The translations under genes and the position numbers were made by a program. Positions 52,801-61,371 of a stretch of 64,000 nt of DNA are shown here, piece by piece. Each line of letters begins with the position of its first letter. The first letter of the stretch is position 1. Under the pieces are notes generated by a model that was not told the DNA's origin, did no database searches, and saw nothing but the letters and a program-made list of their open reading frames with translations. The stretch comes from an uncultured Anaerolineales bacterium (GTDB lineage Bacteria > Chloroflexota > Anaerolineae > CG2-30-64-16). The stretch lies in contig CAYYTK010000006.1 in NCBI GenBank assembly GCA_964474695.1, positions 95,526 to 159,525 of the forward strand, given 5' to 3'.

Positions 52801-53418
52801 TTGGCGGTGGGCGAACACCAGGTCATCGTCGATCATCGCGCTGATGTCCTCGTCGCTCAGCTCTTCGATCTTGCGGATCTCATGGCTGGTGCGGAAGCCA
52901 TCGAAGAAATGGATGAAGGGCACGCGCGACCGCAGCGTGGCAGCCTGGGCGATCAGCGCGATATCCATGACCTCTTGGGGATTGTTCGAGCAGAGCATGG
53001 CCCAGCCGGTGGACCGCGCGGCCATCACGTCGCTATGATCACCGAAGATCGAGAGGGCATGCGCTGCCAGTGCGCGGGCCGCGACGTGGAAAACCGTCGA
53101 GGTCAGCTCGCCCGAGATCTTGAACATGTTGGGGATCATGAGCAAGAGGCCTTGTGATGCGGTGAAGGTGGTGCTCAGGGCGCCGGTTTGCAGTGCACCG
53201 TGCACTGCGCCGGCCGCGCCGCCTTCCGATTGCATCTCAACCACAGTCGGCACCGTGCCCCAGATGTTCTTGCGCCCTTCAGCGCTCCACGCATCGGCCC
53301 ATTCGCCCATGTTGCTGGACGGCGTAATGGGGTAGATGGCGATGACTTCGTTGGTCTTGTGCGCAACGTAGGCGGCTGCCTCGTTGCCGTCAATGGTGAC
53401 GATTTCACGTCCTGACAT
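49876..53418 (-). CDS. pyruvate:ferredoxin (flavodoxin) oxidoreductase, single-polypeptide NifJ/PFOR type
   Basis: About 1180 aa with the PFOR domain order. Two 4Fe-4S motifs (CIQCGKCALVCP; CTGCALCVENCP), TPP-binding region and GGDGW motif. GGAGGG RBS at ATG 53418. Confidence 0.9.
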   Translation of the reverse strand: MSGREIVTIDGNEAAAYVAHKTNEVIAIYPITPSSNMGEWADAWSAEGRKNIWGTVPTVVEMQSEGGAAGAVHGALQTGALSTTFTASQGLLLMIPNMFKISGELTSTVFHVAARALAAHALSIFGDHSDVMAARSTGWAMLCSNNPQEVMDIALIAQAATLRSRVPFIHFFDGFRTSHEIRKIEELSDEDISAMIDDDLVFAHRQRALNPERPIIRGTAQNPDVYFQAREAANSYYLAVPTIVQDEMDKFAKLTGRQYQLFDYVGAPDAERVLVLMGSAADIAHGTVDDLAGCCGEKVGVVKVHLFRPFSAELLMAAIPASAKIVTALDRCKEPGSAGEPLYQDVVTAAAEMGRTFKVLGGRYGLASKEFTPAMVKGVFDNMAAGTPKNHFTVGINDDVTHTSLAYDPTYSIESKRAVRALFYGLGSDGTVGANHNSIRIIGQETDNYAQGYFYYDSKKAGTVTTSHLRFGPEPIRLSNLIESANFIACHQWTFLERVNVLAKAEVGATFLLASPYGPDEVWDRIPQEVQAQIIEKKLKFYVIDAVGVAQATGMGGRINTIMQTCFFAISGVLPKDEAIAKIKESIRHTYGKRGEVVVQQNFAAVDHTLTHLYEVKYPNEVTSKLKRESPVSDEAPAFVKDVTARIIFGEGENLPVSAFPVDGTWPTATTQWEKRNLALEIPVWDPSICIQCGKCALVCPHAAIRTKVYPPESLAGAPETYKAVDYKSRDLPGMKYTVQVAPEDCTGCALCVENCPAKSKSEPKHKAINMEPQLPLRFAERANFKFFLDLPELDRTVIPLNSVKNSQLLQPLFEFSGACSGCGETPYVKLVSQLFGDRAIVANATGCSSIYGGNLPTTPWAQDKEGRGPAWSNSLFEDNAEFGMGFRLTVDKHNEFARELAQTHRAELGDALVDGLLSADQSSEKGIAEQRARVVELKTKLAGLTDSWAAQLNSIADMLVKRSVWIMGGDGWAYDIGYGGLDHVLASGLDINVLVLDTQVYSNTGGQASKATPRAAVARFAAGGKPISKKDLGAIAMSQGTIYVAQVAMGANDAQTVKAFLEAEAYPGPSLIIAYSHCIAHGINMTLGMGQQKLAVDSAAWPLYRYNPTSAAAGKNPLSLDSKAPKIPLKDYVYRETRYSSLAKRDEEHAEMLLNLAQEDVLARWRQLEQMAALSFAKE

Positions 53419-53462
53419 CTCTTTCCCTCCGAACGGTTGTGAATGATGCGCGCTAAATACGT

Positions 53463-53493
53463 GCGAACTGCGCGGCAAAAACGGACCCCCTGT
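53463..53493 (-). terminator. rho-independent terminator of the upstream minus-strand ABC-transporter operon
   Basis: On the minus strand: GCGGACCCGACAGGGGGTCCG followed by TTTTTG. Confidence 0.5.
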
Positions 53494-53599
53494 CGGGTCC
53501 GCAACTAGCAGCGTTGCTGGTGTGCTAATACAAGCTAGGATAACACTGCCTGCGTGCCAAGGCTATGACAGACGTCATACGATAGGGAGTCCATACGGG

Positions 53600-54571
53600 T
53601 CAGCGCCCGCGTTCCCCGCGCACATACGGCAACCCCAGCGCGGCCGGCGCACCGATGCGTTTTTTCATCGCCTCGCGCGAGCCGATCACCAGGATGATGA
53701 TCACCAGGGCGTAAGGCACCATTTGCAGAAAGAACCCTAGTTTCGGCGCATAGAAGAACGGATTCTTGAACCCCAGCAGCATCTGCGGCCCCTGAAGGTC
53801 AAGGATCAGCCGGCGCAGCGCGCCGAACATGTACCCCCCTGCGGCCGCCCGCCAGGGGTTCCATTGAGCGAAAATCACCAGGCCAACCGCGATCCACCCT
53901 TGCCCCCCTGTTGTCAGCTCGCTGAACCAGCCGGGCGACACCGCCAGGCTGATCGTCGCACCGGCTAACCCGGCAAGCAGGCCGCCGATGAAGACATACA
54001 GATAGCGCAGTCCATAGACGTTGATCCCCAATGCATCGGCGGCCGAGGGATACTCACCCACCGCGCGCAGGTGCAGGCCCGGCCGCGTGCGGTTGATGTA
54101 CAACCAGACCGCCGGCGTCAACAGATAGCCCAGATACACCATGGGGCTGTGATTGGTGAACATGACCGGGCCGAGGAGGGGAATCTTCGACAGGACGGGG
54201 ATGGTCCACATGGGCAGCAGTGATACCGCGCCCGCCTTGCTCAGCCCCTCGCCCAGCACCATGCTCAAGCCGATGCCCACGAAGTTGATGGCGAGGCCGC
54301 TGACCACCTGGTCGGCCTGGAAATTGATAGTTACCACCGCGTGAAGCAGCGCCAGGATGCCGGCCGCCAGCATGGCGTAGAGCACCCCCTGCCACGGGTG
54401 GCCGGTCTTGACCGCGGTGCTGTAGGCGGTCATCGCGCCGATCAGCATCATGCCCTCGACGCCGAGGTTCATCACGCCTGATCGCTCGGCCAGGATCTCG
54501 CCGATTGCCGCGAACAGAAGCACCGTTCCGCTCGCAATGCCTGCTTGGAGGATGATGATCCAGTCAATCAT
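53600..54571 (-). CDS. ABC transporter permease (second BMP-type system)
   Basis: Polytopic membrane protein homologous to 46241..47188. Confidence 0.8.
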   Translation of the reverse strand: MIDWIIILQAGIASGTVLLFAAIGEILAERSGVMNLGVEGMMLIGAMTAYSTAVKTGHPWQGVLYAMLAAGILALLHAVVTINFQADQVVSGLAINFVGIGLSMVLGEGLSKAGAVSLLPMWTIPVLSKIPLLGPVMFTNHSPMVYLGYLLTPAVWLYINRTRPGLHLRAVGEYPSAADALGINVYGLRYLYVFIGGLLAGLAGATISLAVSPGWFSELTTGGQGWIAVGLVIFAQWNPWRAAAGGYMFGALRRLILDLQGPQMLLGFKNPFFYAPKLGFFLQMVPYALVIIILVIGSREAMKKRIGAPAALGLPYVRGERGR

Positions 54572-54580
54572 GGGACCTTC

Positions 54581-55696
54581 CTACTTCCGCACCAAACGCA
54601 CTCGATACCGCAGCAGCACATCGCTGGCGATCACGCAGAACAGAATAATGCCCTGGAGCATGCGCGGGACGCCGGACGGCTGGATTTCGCGGCCTGCCTG
54701 GATCAGGCCGCCGAACAGGATGGCGACCAGGATCACCGCGTAGGGGTTGAGCTTGGCCAGCCAGGCGATGATGATCGCTGTGAAGCCGTAGTTCGATGAA
54801 ATCGCGCCCTGCAACCGGTGCACGACGCCGGAAACCTCGGACATACCGGCTAACCCCGCCAGCCCGCCCGAAACCAGCATCACCATTACGGTGTTCTTGA
54901 CGATATCGACGCCCGCGTAATGCGCCGCGCGGCTGTTGTCGCCGATCAAGCGGATCTCATAGCCCCAGCGGCTGCGGGAAATGATGAACCACACCACCAC
55001 CACAGCAACGAGACCTAGAACGATGCCGAAGTGCAGCGTCAGGCCGCTGAAGATCTTGACCTGCTTGGCATAATCGAGCAGCCGCGGCATCCACGCGCTC
55101 TTGGGGAACTGCGGCGACATCTGGAAGCCTGCCTCGCTCCAGGCGCCGAAGACCCAGAACAACACCCACGACGTCGCAATGTAGTTCATCATCAGCGTTG
55201 TGATGATCTCATTGACTTTGAACTTGGCTTTTAGATAGCCGGGAACAAAGCCCCACAGCGCACCGCAGACAAAGCCGGCCAGCGCCATCGCGGTCAGCAT
55301 GATGGGGCGCGGCGTGCTGGCAGGCAGGATCGGGACCAGCACGACCGCGCTTGCCCCCCAGGCTCCCAGGAAGAACTGCCCCTCAGCGCCGATGTTCCAG
55401 AGCTTCATGCGGAAGGCCAGCGTACACGCCAGCCCCAACAGGATCAGTGGAATGGCCTTGATCAGGGTGTCGTTGAACACCCCCAGGTTGCCGAAGGCGG
55501 CTTCGACGATGTGCTTGTAAGCGGCGAACGGGTGCCCGCCCGCCGCCTGGATCACAATCCCGCCGATGATGAACGCCACGATCAGCGCGCCGATCGACGT
55601 AGCGAACGGCAGCCAGCCCGGCGTCGTCAGCCGCCGCTCGGTGCGGATGGCATACGGGAAGCGAAATCCCCTCGTAGCGTTTTCACTTATGGCCAT
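54581..55696 (-). CDS. ABC transporter permease (second BMP-type system)
   Basis: Polytopic membrane protein homologous to 47185..48321. Confidence 0.8.
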   Translation of the reverse strand: MAISENATRGFRFPYAIRTERRLTTPGWLPFATSIGALIVAFIIGGIVIQAAGGHPFAAYKHIVEAAFGNLGVFNDTLIKAIPLILLGLACTLAFRMKLWNIGAEGQFFLGAWGASAVVLVPILPASTPRPIMLTAMALAGFVCGALWGFVPGYLKAKFKVNEIITTLMMNYIATSWVLFWVFGAWSEAGFQMSPQFPKSAWMPRLLDYAKQVKIFSGLTLHFGIVLGLVAVVVVWFIISRSRWGYEIRLIGDNSRAAHYAGVDIVKNTVMVMLVSGGLAGLAGMSEVSGVVHRLQGAISSNYGFTAIIIAWLAKLNPYAVILVAILFGGLIQAGREIQPSGVPRMLQGIILFCVIASDVLLRYRVRLVRK

Positions 55697-57239
55697 AGCC
55701 TGCCCCCTGCTGTGCGCTTTCGCCGCGCGCTGTGCCGGCCATCATCAAGCCGATCTCGGTCAGTGTAGCCTCTTCGGCCTTCAACTCGCCCATATTCCGG
55801 CCCTCGTAGATGCCTACGATGCGATCGGACAGGGACATGATCTCCTCGAGCTCCTCGGAGATCAACAGGATGGCGGTGCCGTTCTCGCGTTCGCGCAGCA
55901 GCACGCGCTGCACCGCTTCGATCGCGCCTACATCCAGCCCGCGGGTGGGTTGCACCGCAATAATCAACTTCGGCCCGGCGGTCATCTCGCGCGCCAGGAT
56001 CGCCTTTTGCAGGTTGCCGCCTGAGAGCAGGCGCACTTGCACATCCACGTTGGGCGCCGCGATATCGTACTCCTTCTTCAGCGTGCTGGCTTGTTGGCGG
56101 ATCACGGGGCGGTTGAGGATCCATCCGCGTGAGATGGGCGATGTGCGATAACTCTTCATGATCAAGTTGTCCGCCATGCTCAGGCCCGGCGAGCTGCCGA
56201 CATGGTGGCGGTCTTCAGGGATATGCGCGACGCGGCGTTTGATGGCCGCATTCGGTTCTTTGTTGGCGATATCTTCTCCGTTGACGATCACACGACCACA
56301 AGAACACTGGCGCAATCCGGTGATGACCTGCGCTAACTCACTCTGCCCGTTGCCCGCCACGCCTGCAATGCCTACGATTTCGCCGGCATGCACCTGGATG
56401 CCAAATTCACGCAAAGCGGGCACGCCGCGATCGTTCTCGGCGCAGACATTCTCGACTGAGAGCACGACATCGCCGGCCGGAAGCGGTTTCTTGTCGACCG
56501 CAAAGACAACCTCGCGACCGACCATGAGTTGCGCCAATTGGGCTTTGGTCACGCCCTCCGTGCTGAGCCCGGCCGCCGTGACCTTGCCGCCGCGCAACAC
56601 GGTCACGCGGTTGGCGATGGAGAGCACCTCATGTAGTTTATGGCTGATGAAGACGATGGAATGGCCCTCGGCGACCATCGAGCGCAGGGTGACGAACAGT
56701 TCGTCGATTTCCTGTGGGGTTAGAACCGCGGTCGGCTCATCCATGATGAGGACCTTGGCGCCCCGGTAGAGCATTTTCAAAATCTCGACGCGTTGCTGCT
56801 CGCCGACCGAAAGCTGCCAAATCTTCGCTTTGGGATCGACCTTGAGGCCGTACTGCTCCTGAAGGGAGAGGATTTTCTTGTCCAACGCGTCCAACGCCAG
56901 GACAAATCGTGGCTCTGACAAGCCGAGGATGATGTTCTCTGTCACCGTTTGAGACGGGACCAGCATGAAGTGCTGGTGGATCATGCCGATGCCGGCCGTG
57001 ATAGCATCGCGTGGCGAGCCAAAATTAACGCGCCTGCCATCGACAAAGATCGTACCCTCTTCCGCCTTGTACATGCCGGCCAGCACATTCATCAAGGTGC
57101 TTTTGCCTGCGCCGTTTTCGCCCAAAAGCGCGTGCACTTCACCCTGGCGGAGGTCGAAATCTACATGATCATTGGCGAGGACACCAGGAAAACGTTTGAC
57201 GATGCCCCGCATCTCGACAGCATTGACGATCTCGGGCAT
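55683..57239 (-). CDS. ABC transporter ATP-binding protein, duplicated ATPase domains (second system)
   Basis: Walker A GENGAGKSTLM, signature motif and Walker B, each twice. Start at MPEIVNAVEMRGIVKRF. The upstream ORF-track extension is translated repeat. Confidence 0.85.
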   Translation of the reverse strand: MPEIVNAVEMRGIVKRFPGVLANDHVDFDLRQGEVHALLGENGAGKSTLMNVLAGMYKAEEGTIFVDGRRVNFGSPRDAITAGIGMIHQHFMLVPSQTVTENIILGLSEPRFVLALDALDKKILSLQEQYGLKVDPKAKIWQLSVGEQQRVEILKMLYRGAKVLIMDEPTAVLTPQEIDELFVTLRSMVAEGHSIVFISHKLHEVLSIANRVTVLRGGKVTAAGLSTEGVTKAQLAQLMVGREVVFAVDKKPLPAGDVVLSVENVCAENDRGVPALREFGIQVHAGEIVGIAGVAGNGQSELAQVITGLRQCSCGRVIVNGEDIANKEPNAAIKRRVAHIPEDRHHVGSSPGLSMADNLIMKSYRTSPISRGWILNRPVIRQQASTLKKEYDIAAPNVDVQVRLLSGGNLQKAILAREMTAGPKLIIAVQPTRGLDVGAIEAVQRVLLRERENGTAILLISEELEEIMSLSDRIVGIYEGRNMGELKAEEATLTEIGLMMAGTARGESAQQGAGYGHK

Positions 57240-57260
57240 GGGGTACCTCACGGGGAGTCG

Positions 57261-57353
57261 GTGAATTGGTAAATTGGTAGATGGTAAATTGGTAGATTGG
57301 TGCCCCATGAGCCAGATTGAATGGCCCGGCCTACCAATCTACCAATCTACCAG
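57261..57353. repeat. family-B composite inverted repeat (GTGAATTGGTAAATTGGTAGATGGTAAATTGGTAGATTGG ... CTACCAATCTACCAATCTACC)
   Basis: Read directly. Lies between the SBP stop and the ATPase start. Confidence 0.85.
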
Positions 57354-57362
57354 GATACTAAC

Positions 57363-58631
57363 TTACTGTTTCGGCAGCTCTGCGATGACGCCGTCAGCCC
57401 ACCAGTACATGCAGTACTTGCACGCCAGACCTTCGGCGCCGGGCGGGAACTGATCCAGGTCGGCCTGCACCATCTTCTCACCGGCCGGCACGACGATGTT
57501 GCCCTTGTTGTCCTTGATTGGGCCTGTGAAGACGTCGAAGCGGGTGAATTCGCCCTTCAACATCTTGGCCAGGGTGTCCTTCACCATCTGAATGTCTTCC
57601 GCGGGCAGGTCGGCCATGCCCTTGGTGGGCTGTTGCCCCTCCATGAAGCCATAGAGGCCCAGGCCGCCGCTCTCAGCGTCGAAGTAGTGCCAGCCAGGCT
57701 TATAGGACTTGTCCTGCACACCCTTTGCGATCTGGGTATAGACGGGACCCCAGTTCCAGTACGGGGTGGTCAAGCAGCCATCCACCTTGCAGGAGCCTAC
57801 ATAATCGTAAGTGATGCCCCACTTACCCTTCGCAGTCGCAACGTCGGCCGGGGCCGGGGTGTCCGCACCGGTGAAGACCACCTGCGAGCCGGCGTCAAAC
57901 AGAGAGGCCGCCGCTTCTTTTTCGATCACCGGATCGTGCCACGTGTTGAGCCAGCGCACGTCCATGGTGCATTCGGGGCAGGTTTTCTTCGCGCCCAGCA
58001 TGAACGCATTGCCCAGGCGCAACTCTTCCGGAATCGGGAAGGTCGCCATGTAGCCGATCTTCGGATTACCATCCTTCTTGGCGCGGGAGCCTGCCACCAT
58101 GCCGGCCAGGTACTTCATGTCCTCCATCGCACCCATGAGGTTGCCGAAGTTCGCGTTGTTGGACTTGTAGCCGCTGACATGGATGAACGTTTGATCGGGG
58201 AACTCCTCAGCCACCGTGCCGGTCGCATCCATGTAGCCGAACGAAGTGGTCAGGATCAGTTGAAAGCCCTTGCGCGCCAGCGAGCGGATAACCTGCTCGG
58301 CCTCGGCGCCTTCCGGGACGTTTTCGACGTAGGCCACATGTGCATCGGCCATGTTCTTCTCAAGGTAGGTCAGGCCTTCGTAGTGCGCCTGGCTCCAGCC
58401 GCCATCGTCGTGCGGGCCGATCAGCACGGCGGCAACGTTGAACTTGCCGGCGACGACCTCAGGGATCTGCAGGGCGGGTGCTTCGGCCGGCGCCTGGGCC
58501 GGCGCGGTGGTTGCTTCCGCCGGTGCAGCAGTCGCCGGTGCGGCCGTCGGGGCGGCCCCCGGTGTACAGGCGCCGACGAGCATGGTGATGACTGCCAGCA
58601 GGGCAATCACGCTCCAAAGCTGCTTACGCAT
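57363..58631 (-). CDS. BMP-family ABC substrate-binding lipoprotein (second system)
   Basis: Signal peptide with lipobox (LLAVITMLVGAC) and an Ala/Pro-rich linker. Homologous to 45213..46208. Confidence 0.85.
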   Translation of the reverse strand: MRKQLWSVIALLAVITMLVGACTPGAAPTAAPATAAPAEATTAPAQAPAEAPALQIPEVVAGKFNVAAVLIGPHDDGGWSQAHYEGLTYLEKNMADAHVAYVENVPEGAEAEQVIRSLARKGFQLILTTSFGYMDATGTVAEEFPDQTFIHVSGYKSNNANFGNLMGAMEDMKYLAGMVAGSRAKKDGNPKIGYMATFPIPEELRLGNAFMLGAKKTCPECTMDVRWLNTWHDPVIEKEAAASLFDAGSQVVFTGADTPAPADVATAKGKWGITYDYVGSCKVDGCLTTPYWNWGPVYTQIAKGVQDKSYKPGWHYFDAESGGLGLYGFMEGQQPTKGMADLPAEDIQMVKDTLAKMLKGEFTRFDVFTGPIKDNKGNIVVPAGEKMVQADLDQFPPGAEGLACKYCMYWWADGVIAELPKQ

Positions 58632-58760
58632 ACGACTCTCCTCCTATGGAAATGGGTAGAATGGTGCACAGAATGCGCTCACGGGCGAAGATTCAGCCTT
58701 GCGGCATCTGTACATCTATTTTAGCTCAGAGTGCTACAGCGCGCAAATGATCCGTGTCAT

Positions 58761-58789
58761 GTCACACATCGCCGGCCGTATGGTATAAT
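58761..58789 (+). promoter_or_regulatory. candidate promoter of ade with extended -10 (TGgTATAAT)
   Basis: GTCACA (58761-58766), 17-nt spacer, TGG-TATAAT (58781-58789). 43 nt upstream of the ade ATG. Confidence 0.4.
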
Positions 58790-58831
58790 CGTACAATTCG
58801 CAGAACGATTCTGTTCAAGGAGGGTCGCGCA

Positions 58832-60544
58832 ATGGCAGAGATAAACGCAATGGTGCGGGTCGCGCGCGGCGATGCGCCGGCAGATCTGGTGCTGCGCAAT
58901 GCCAACCTGGTAAATGTTTACTCCGGCGACATCTACCCTACCGATGTTGCCGTGTTGAATGATCGGATCGTTGGCGTTGGGCCGGGCTATACGGCGGCTA
59001 AGGAAATCGACTTGAAGGGCAGTTACCTGGCCCCGGGCCTCATCGATGGGCATGTGCACATCGAGAGCGCGATGGTGGGCGTGCGCCAGTTCGCGGCTGC
59101 CGTGGTGCCGCGCGGCGTCACCGCCGTCGTAGCCGACCCGCATGAGATCACCAACGTGCTGGGCCTCGATGGCATCCGCTACATGTTCGATCAGGCGAAG
59201 TATGGCCAGTTGAGCATGTACGTTATGGTGCCTTCGTGTGTGCCGGCTACTCACATGGCCACGGCCGGCGCCTATCTGGAAGCGAAGGATATCGCCTCGC
59301 TGCAAAACGACCGATGGGTGTTGGGCCTGGCGGAAATGATGAACTACGTGGGCGTGGTGAACGAAGATCCGGGCGTAATCGAAAAGATCGAAGCTTTCAA
59401 AACGCGCGTCTTGGATGGCCACGCACCGGGCTTCAGCGGCAAAGCATTGAACGCCTATATAGCCGCAGGAATCGGATCGGATCACGAATGCACCACGGTG
59501 GCCGAGGCCCAGGAGAAACTGCGCCTGGGCATGTATATCTTGATGCGCGAGGCAACCAATGCCCACGATCTGGCCAACCTGTTGCCGCTGATCACGCCCG
59601 ATAATGCGCGACGTATTTGCTTCTGCACCGATGATCGGCACCCAGGCGACTTGTTGGATCAGGGCGGCGTGGATTATCTTGTGCGCACCGCCGTTCGTTC
59701 GGGTGTTGACCTGGTGACCGCCATCCGCATGGCGACGCTCAACACTGCCGAGTGGTTCCGCATGTATGATCGTGGAGGCATCCGGCCCGGCAATCGCGCG
59801 GACCTGATCGTGTTTGATGATCCGCAGGAGTTCGCCGTCCGGCTGGTGGTGCGCGCAGGCCAGATCGTGGCCGAGAACGGAAAGATGCTGCCATTCGATG
59901 TGCGCGAGCGGCCTTCCTATCTGCGCGGTTCCATGAACATCAATTGGCACACGGTCAATTTCACCATCCCCGCTGAAGGCCGGCATGCCCACGTCATCGG
60001 CGTTTTGCCGGATCAGCTCATCACCGAGGATCGCGTGCTGGCGATCCCCTCTACTTCAGGGGTGGCTCGGCCCGATCCTGAGCGCGATATCATCAAGATT
60101 GCCGTTATCGAGCGGCACATGGCCACCGGCAACATGGGCAAAGGCTTCGTGCAGGGGCTCGGGCTGAGCCGAGGCGCGATTGCATCCACGATCGCCCATG
60201 ACCATCACAACCTGATCGTAGCCGGCGCCGACAACATCTCGCTGACGACTGCAGCAGCGGCGGTGTCCGACATGGGCGGCGGCTTGGCGGTGGCCGACGG
60301 CATCCGCATCCTGGCGCGCCTGCCGTTGCCTGTGGCCGGACTGATGTCCAACAAGCCGATCCAGGAGGTCAGGCGGCAGTTGGACGAGGTCATCGGCGCC
60401 GCGCACAGCCTCGGCTCCGAGCTGCACGATCCTTTCATGGCGCTTGGCTTCCTGGCCCTGGAGGTGATCCCCCATCTGAAACTGACCGATCAGGGGTTGG
60501 TGGATGTGGATAAGTTCGAGTTTGTGCCGCTGTGGGCTGATTGA
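58832..60544 (+). CDS. ade: adenine deaminase
   Basis: HVHIES metal-binding motif and amidohydrolase fold. Full-length Ade pattern (...VLDGHAPG...DHECT...). AAGGAGGG RBS at ATG 58832. The ORF-track start at 58754 is an extension. Confidence 0.85.
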   Translation: MAEINAMVRVARGDAPADLVLRNANLVNVYSGDIYPTDVAVLNDRIVGVGPGYTAAKEIDLKGSYLAPGLIDGHVHIESAMVGVRQFAAAVVPRGVTAVVADPHEITNVLGLDGIRYMFDQAKYGQLSMYVMVPSCVPATHMATAGAYLEAKDIASLQNDRWVLGLAEMMNYVGVVNEDPGVIEKIEAFKTRVLDGHAPGFSGKALNAYIAAGIGSDHECTTVAEAQEKLRLGMYILMREATNAHDLANLLPLITPDNARRICFCTDDRHPGDLLDQGGVDYLVRTAVRSGVDLVTAIRMATLNTAEWFRMYDRGGIRPGNRADLIVFDDPQEFAVRLVVRAGQIVAENGKMLPFDVRERPSYLRGSMNINWHTVNFTIPAEGRHAHVIGVLPDQLITEDRVLAIPSTSGVARPDPERDIIKIAVIERHMATGNMGKGFVQGLGLSRGAIASTIAHDHHNLIVAGADNISLTTAAAAVSDMGGGLAVADGIRILARLPLPVAGLMSNKPIQEVRRQLDEVIGAAHSLGSELHDPFMALGFLALEVIPHLKLTDQGLVDVDKFEFVPLWAD

Positions 60545-60566
60545 AATAGGGAATAGCAGCTGAATT

Positions 60567-60604
60567 GGAACGGCTTCCGCGCACTTGCAGCGCGTTCCTT
60601 TCTC
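60567..60604 (+). terminator. putative terminator of ade (imperfect GC stem followed by TTTCTC)
   Basis: GGAACG..GCGC-ACTTGCA-GCGC-GTTCC then TTTCTC. Confidence 0.35.
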
Positions 60605-60613
60605 ATGTACAAT
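60585..60613 (+). promoter_or_regulatory. candidate promoter of the nuo operon
   Basis: TTGCAG, 17-nt spacer, TACAAT. Overlaps the ade terminator hairpin. Confidence 0.3.
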
Positions 60614-60759
60614 GCGCCCCTAGGCGCGGGCCGGGTCTTTGCATCCGGTGAGTGGTCGCGCCTGCTCCATGCGCGCCACACAGGCGCGCTGCGCGCACGA
60701 TCGACACCCTACTCTGGACGGTGAAACCAAAGGGGGCTTCCGGCCCCGAGGACGTGCTC

Positions 60760-61371
60760 ATGAAAATCGACGAACCGGATCTCTCCGAAGAGCTCAAGAA
60801 GAACGTTTTTTTGACCACGGTCGACAACGTCTATAACTGGGGCCGGGCACGGTCGATGTGGCCGATGGCGTTCGGCCTGGCCTGTTGCGCCATCGAGTTC
60901 ATGGCGATGATGGCCTCGCGTTTCGACCTGGCTCGTTTCGGCATGGAGATCATCCGCGCCTCGCCGCGTCAAGCTGACTTGATGTTCGTTTCCGGCACGG
61001 TCACCAAGAAGATGATGCCTAACATCGTGCGGCTCTACAATCAGATGGCGGAGCCGAAATACGTGTTGGCCGTGGGTGCATGCGCTGTATCGGGCGGCCC
61101 CTTCAAGGAAGGTTACAGCGTCGTTTCGGGCGTTGACAAATACATCCCGGTCGACGTCTACGTCCCCGGATGTCCTCCTACCCCGGAGGCGATTCTGCAC
61201 GGGGTGATGAAGGTTCACGAAAAGGTCTTCACGCAGTCAGTGCGTACTGCGCCCTGGTATCGTAAAGACCAACTCAACGAACCGTTGCCAGTGCCCGTCC
61301 TCGGCCCTGACCTCTATAACCCAAAGGATCATGAGGCGCTGAAGAAGATCGCGGAGGCTGCAGAATCATGA
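60760..61371 (+). CDS. nuoB: NADH-quinone oxidoreductase subunit B
   Basis: CC..E.....SR.D..R.G and G.C...GGP cysteine motifs ([10 protein letters not shown]; [10 protein letters not shown]). ATG 60760. Confidence 0.9.
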   Translation: MKIDEPDLSEELKKNVFLTTVDNVYNWGRARSMWPMAFGLACCAIEFMAMMASRFDLARFGMEIIRASPRQADLMFVSGTVTKKMMPNIVRLYNQMAEPKYVLAVGACAVSGGPFKEGYSVVSGVDKYIPVDVYVPGCPPTPEAILHGVMKVHEKVFTQSVRTAPWYRKDQLNEPLPVPVLGPDLYNPKDHEALKKIAEAAES

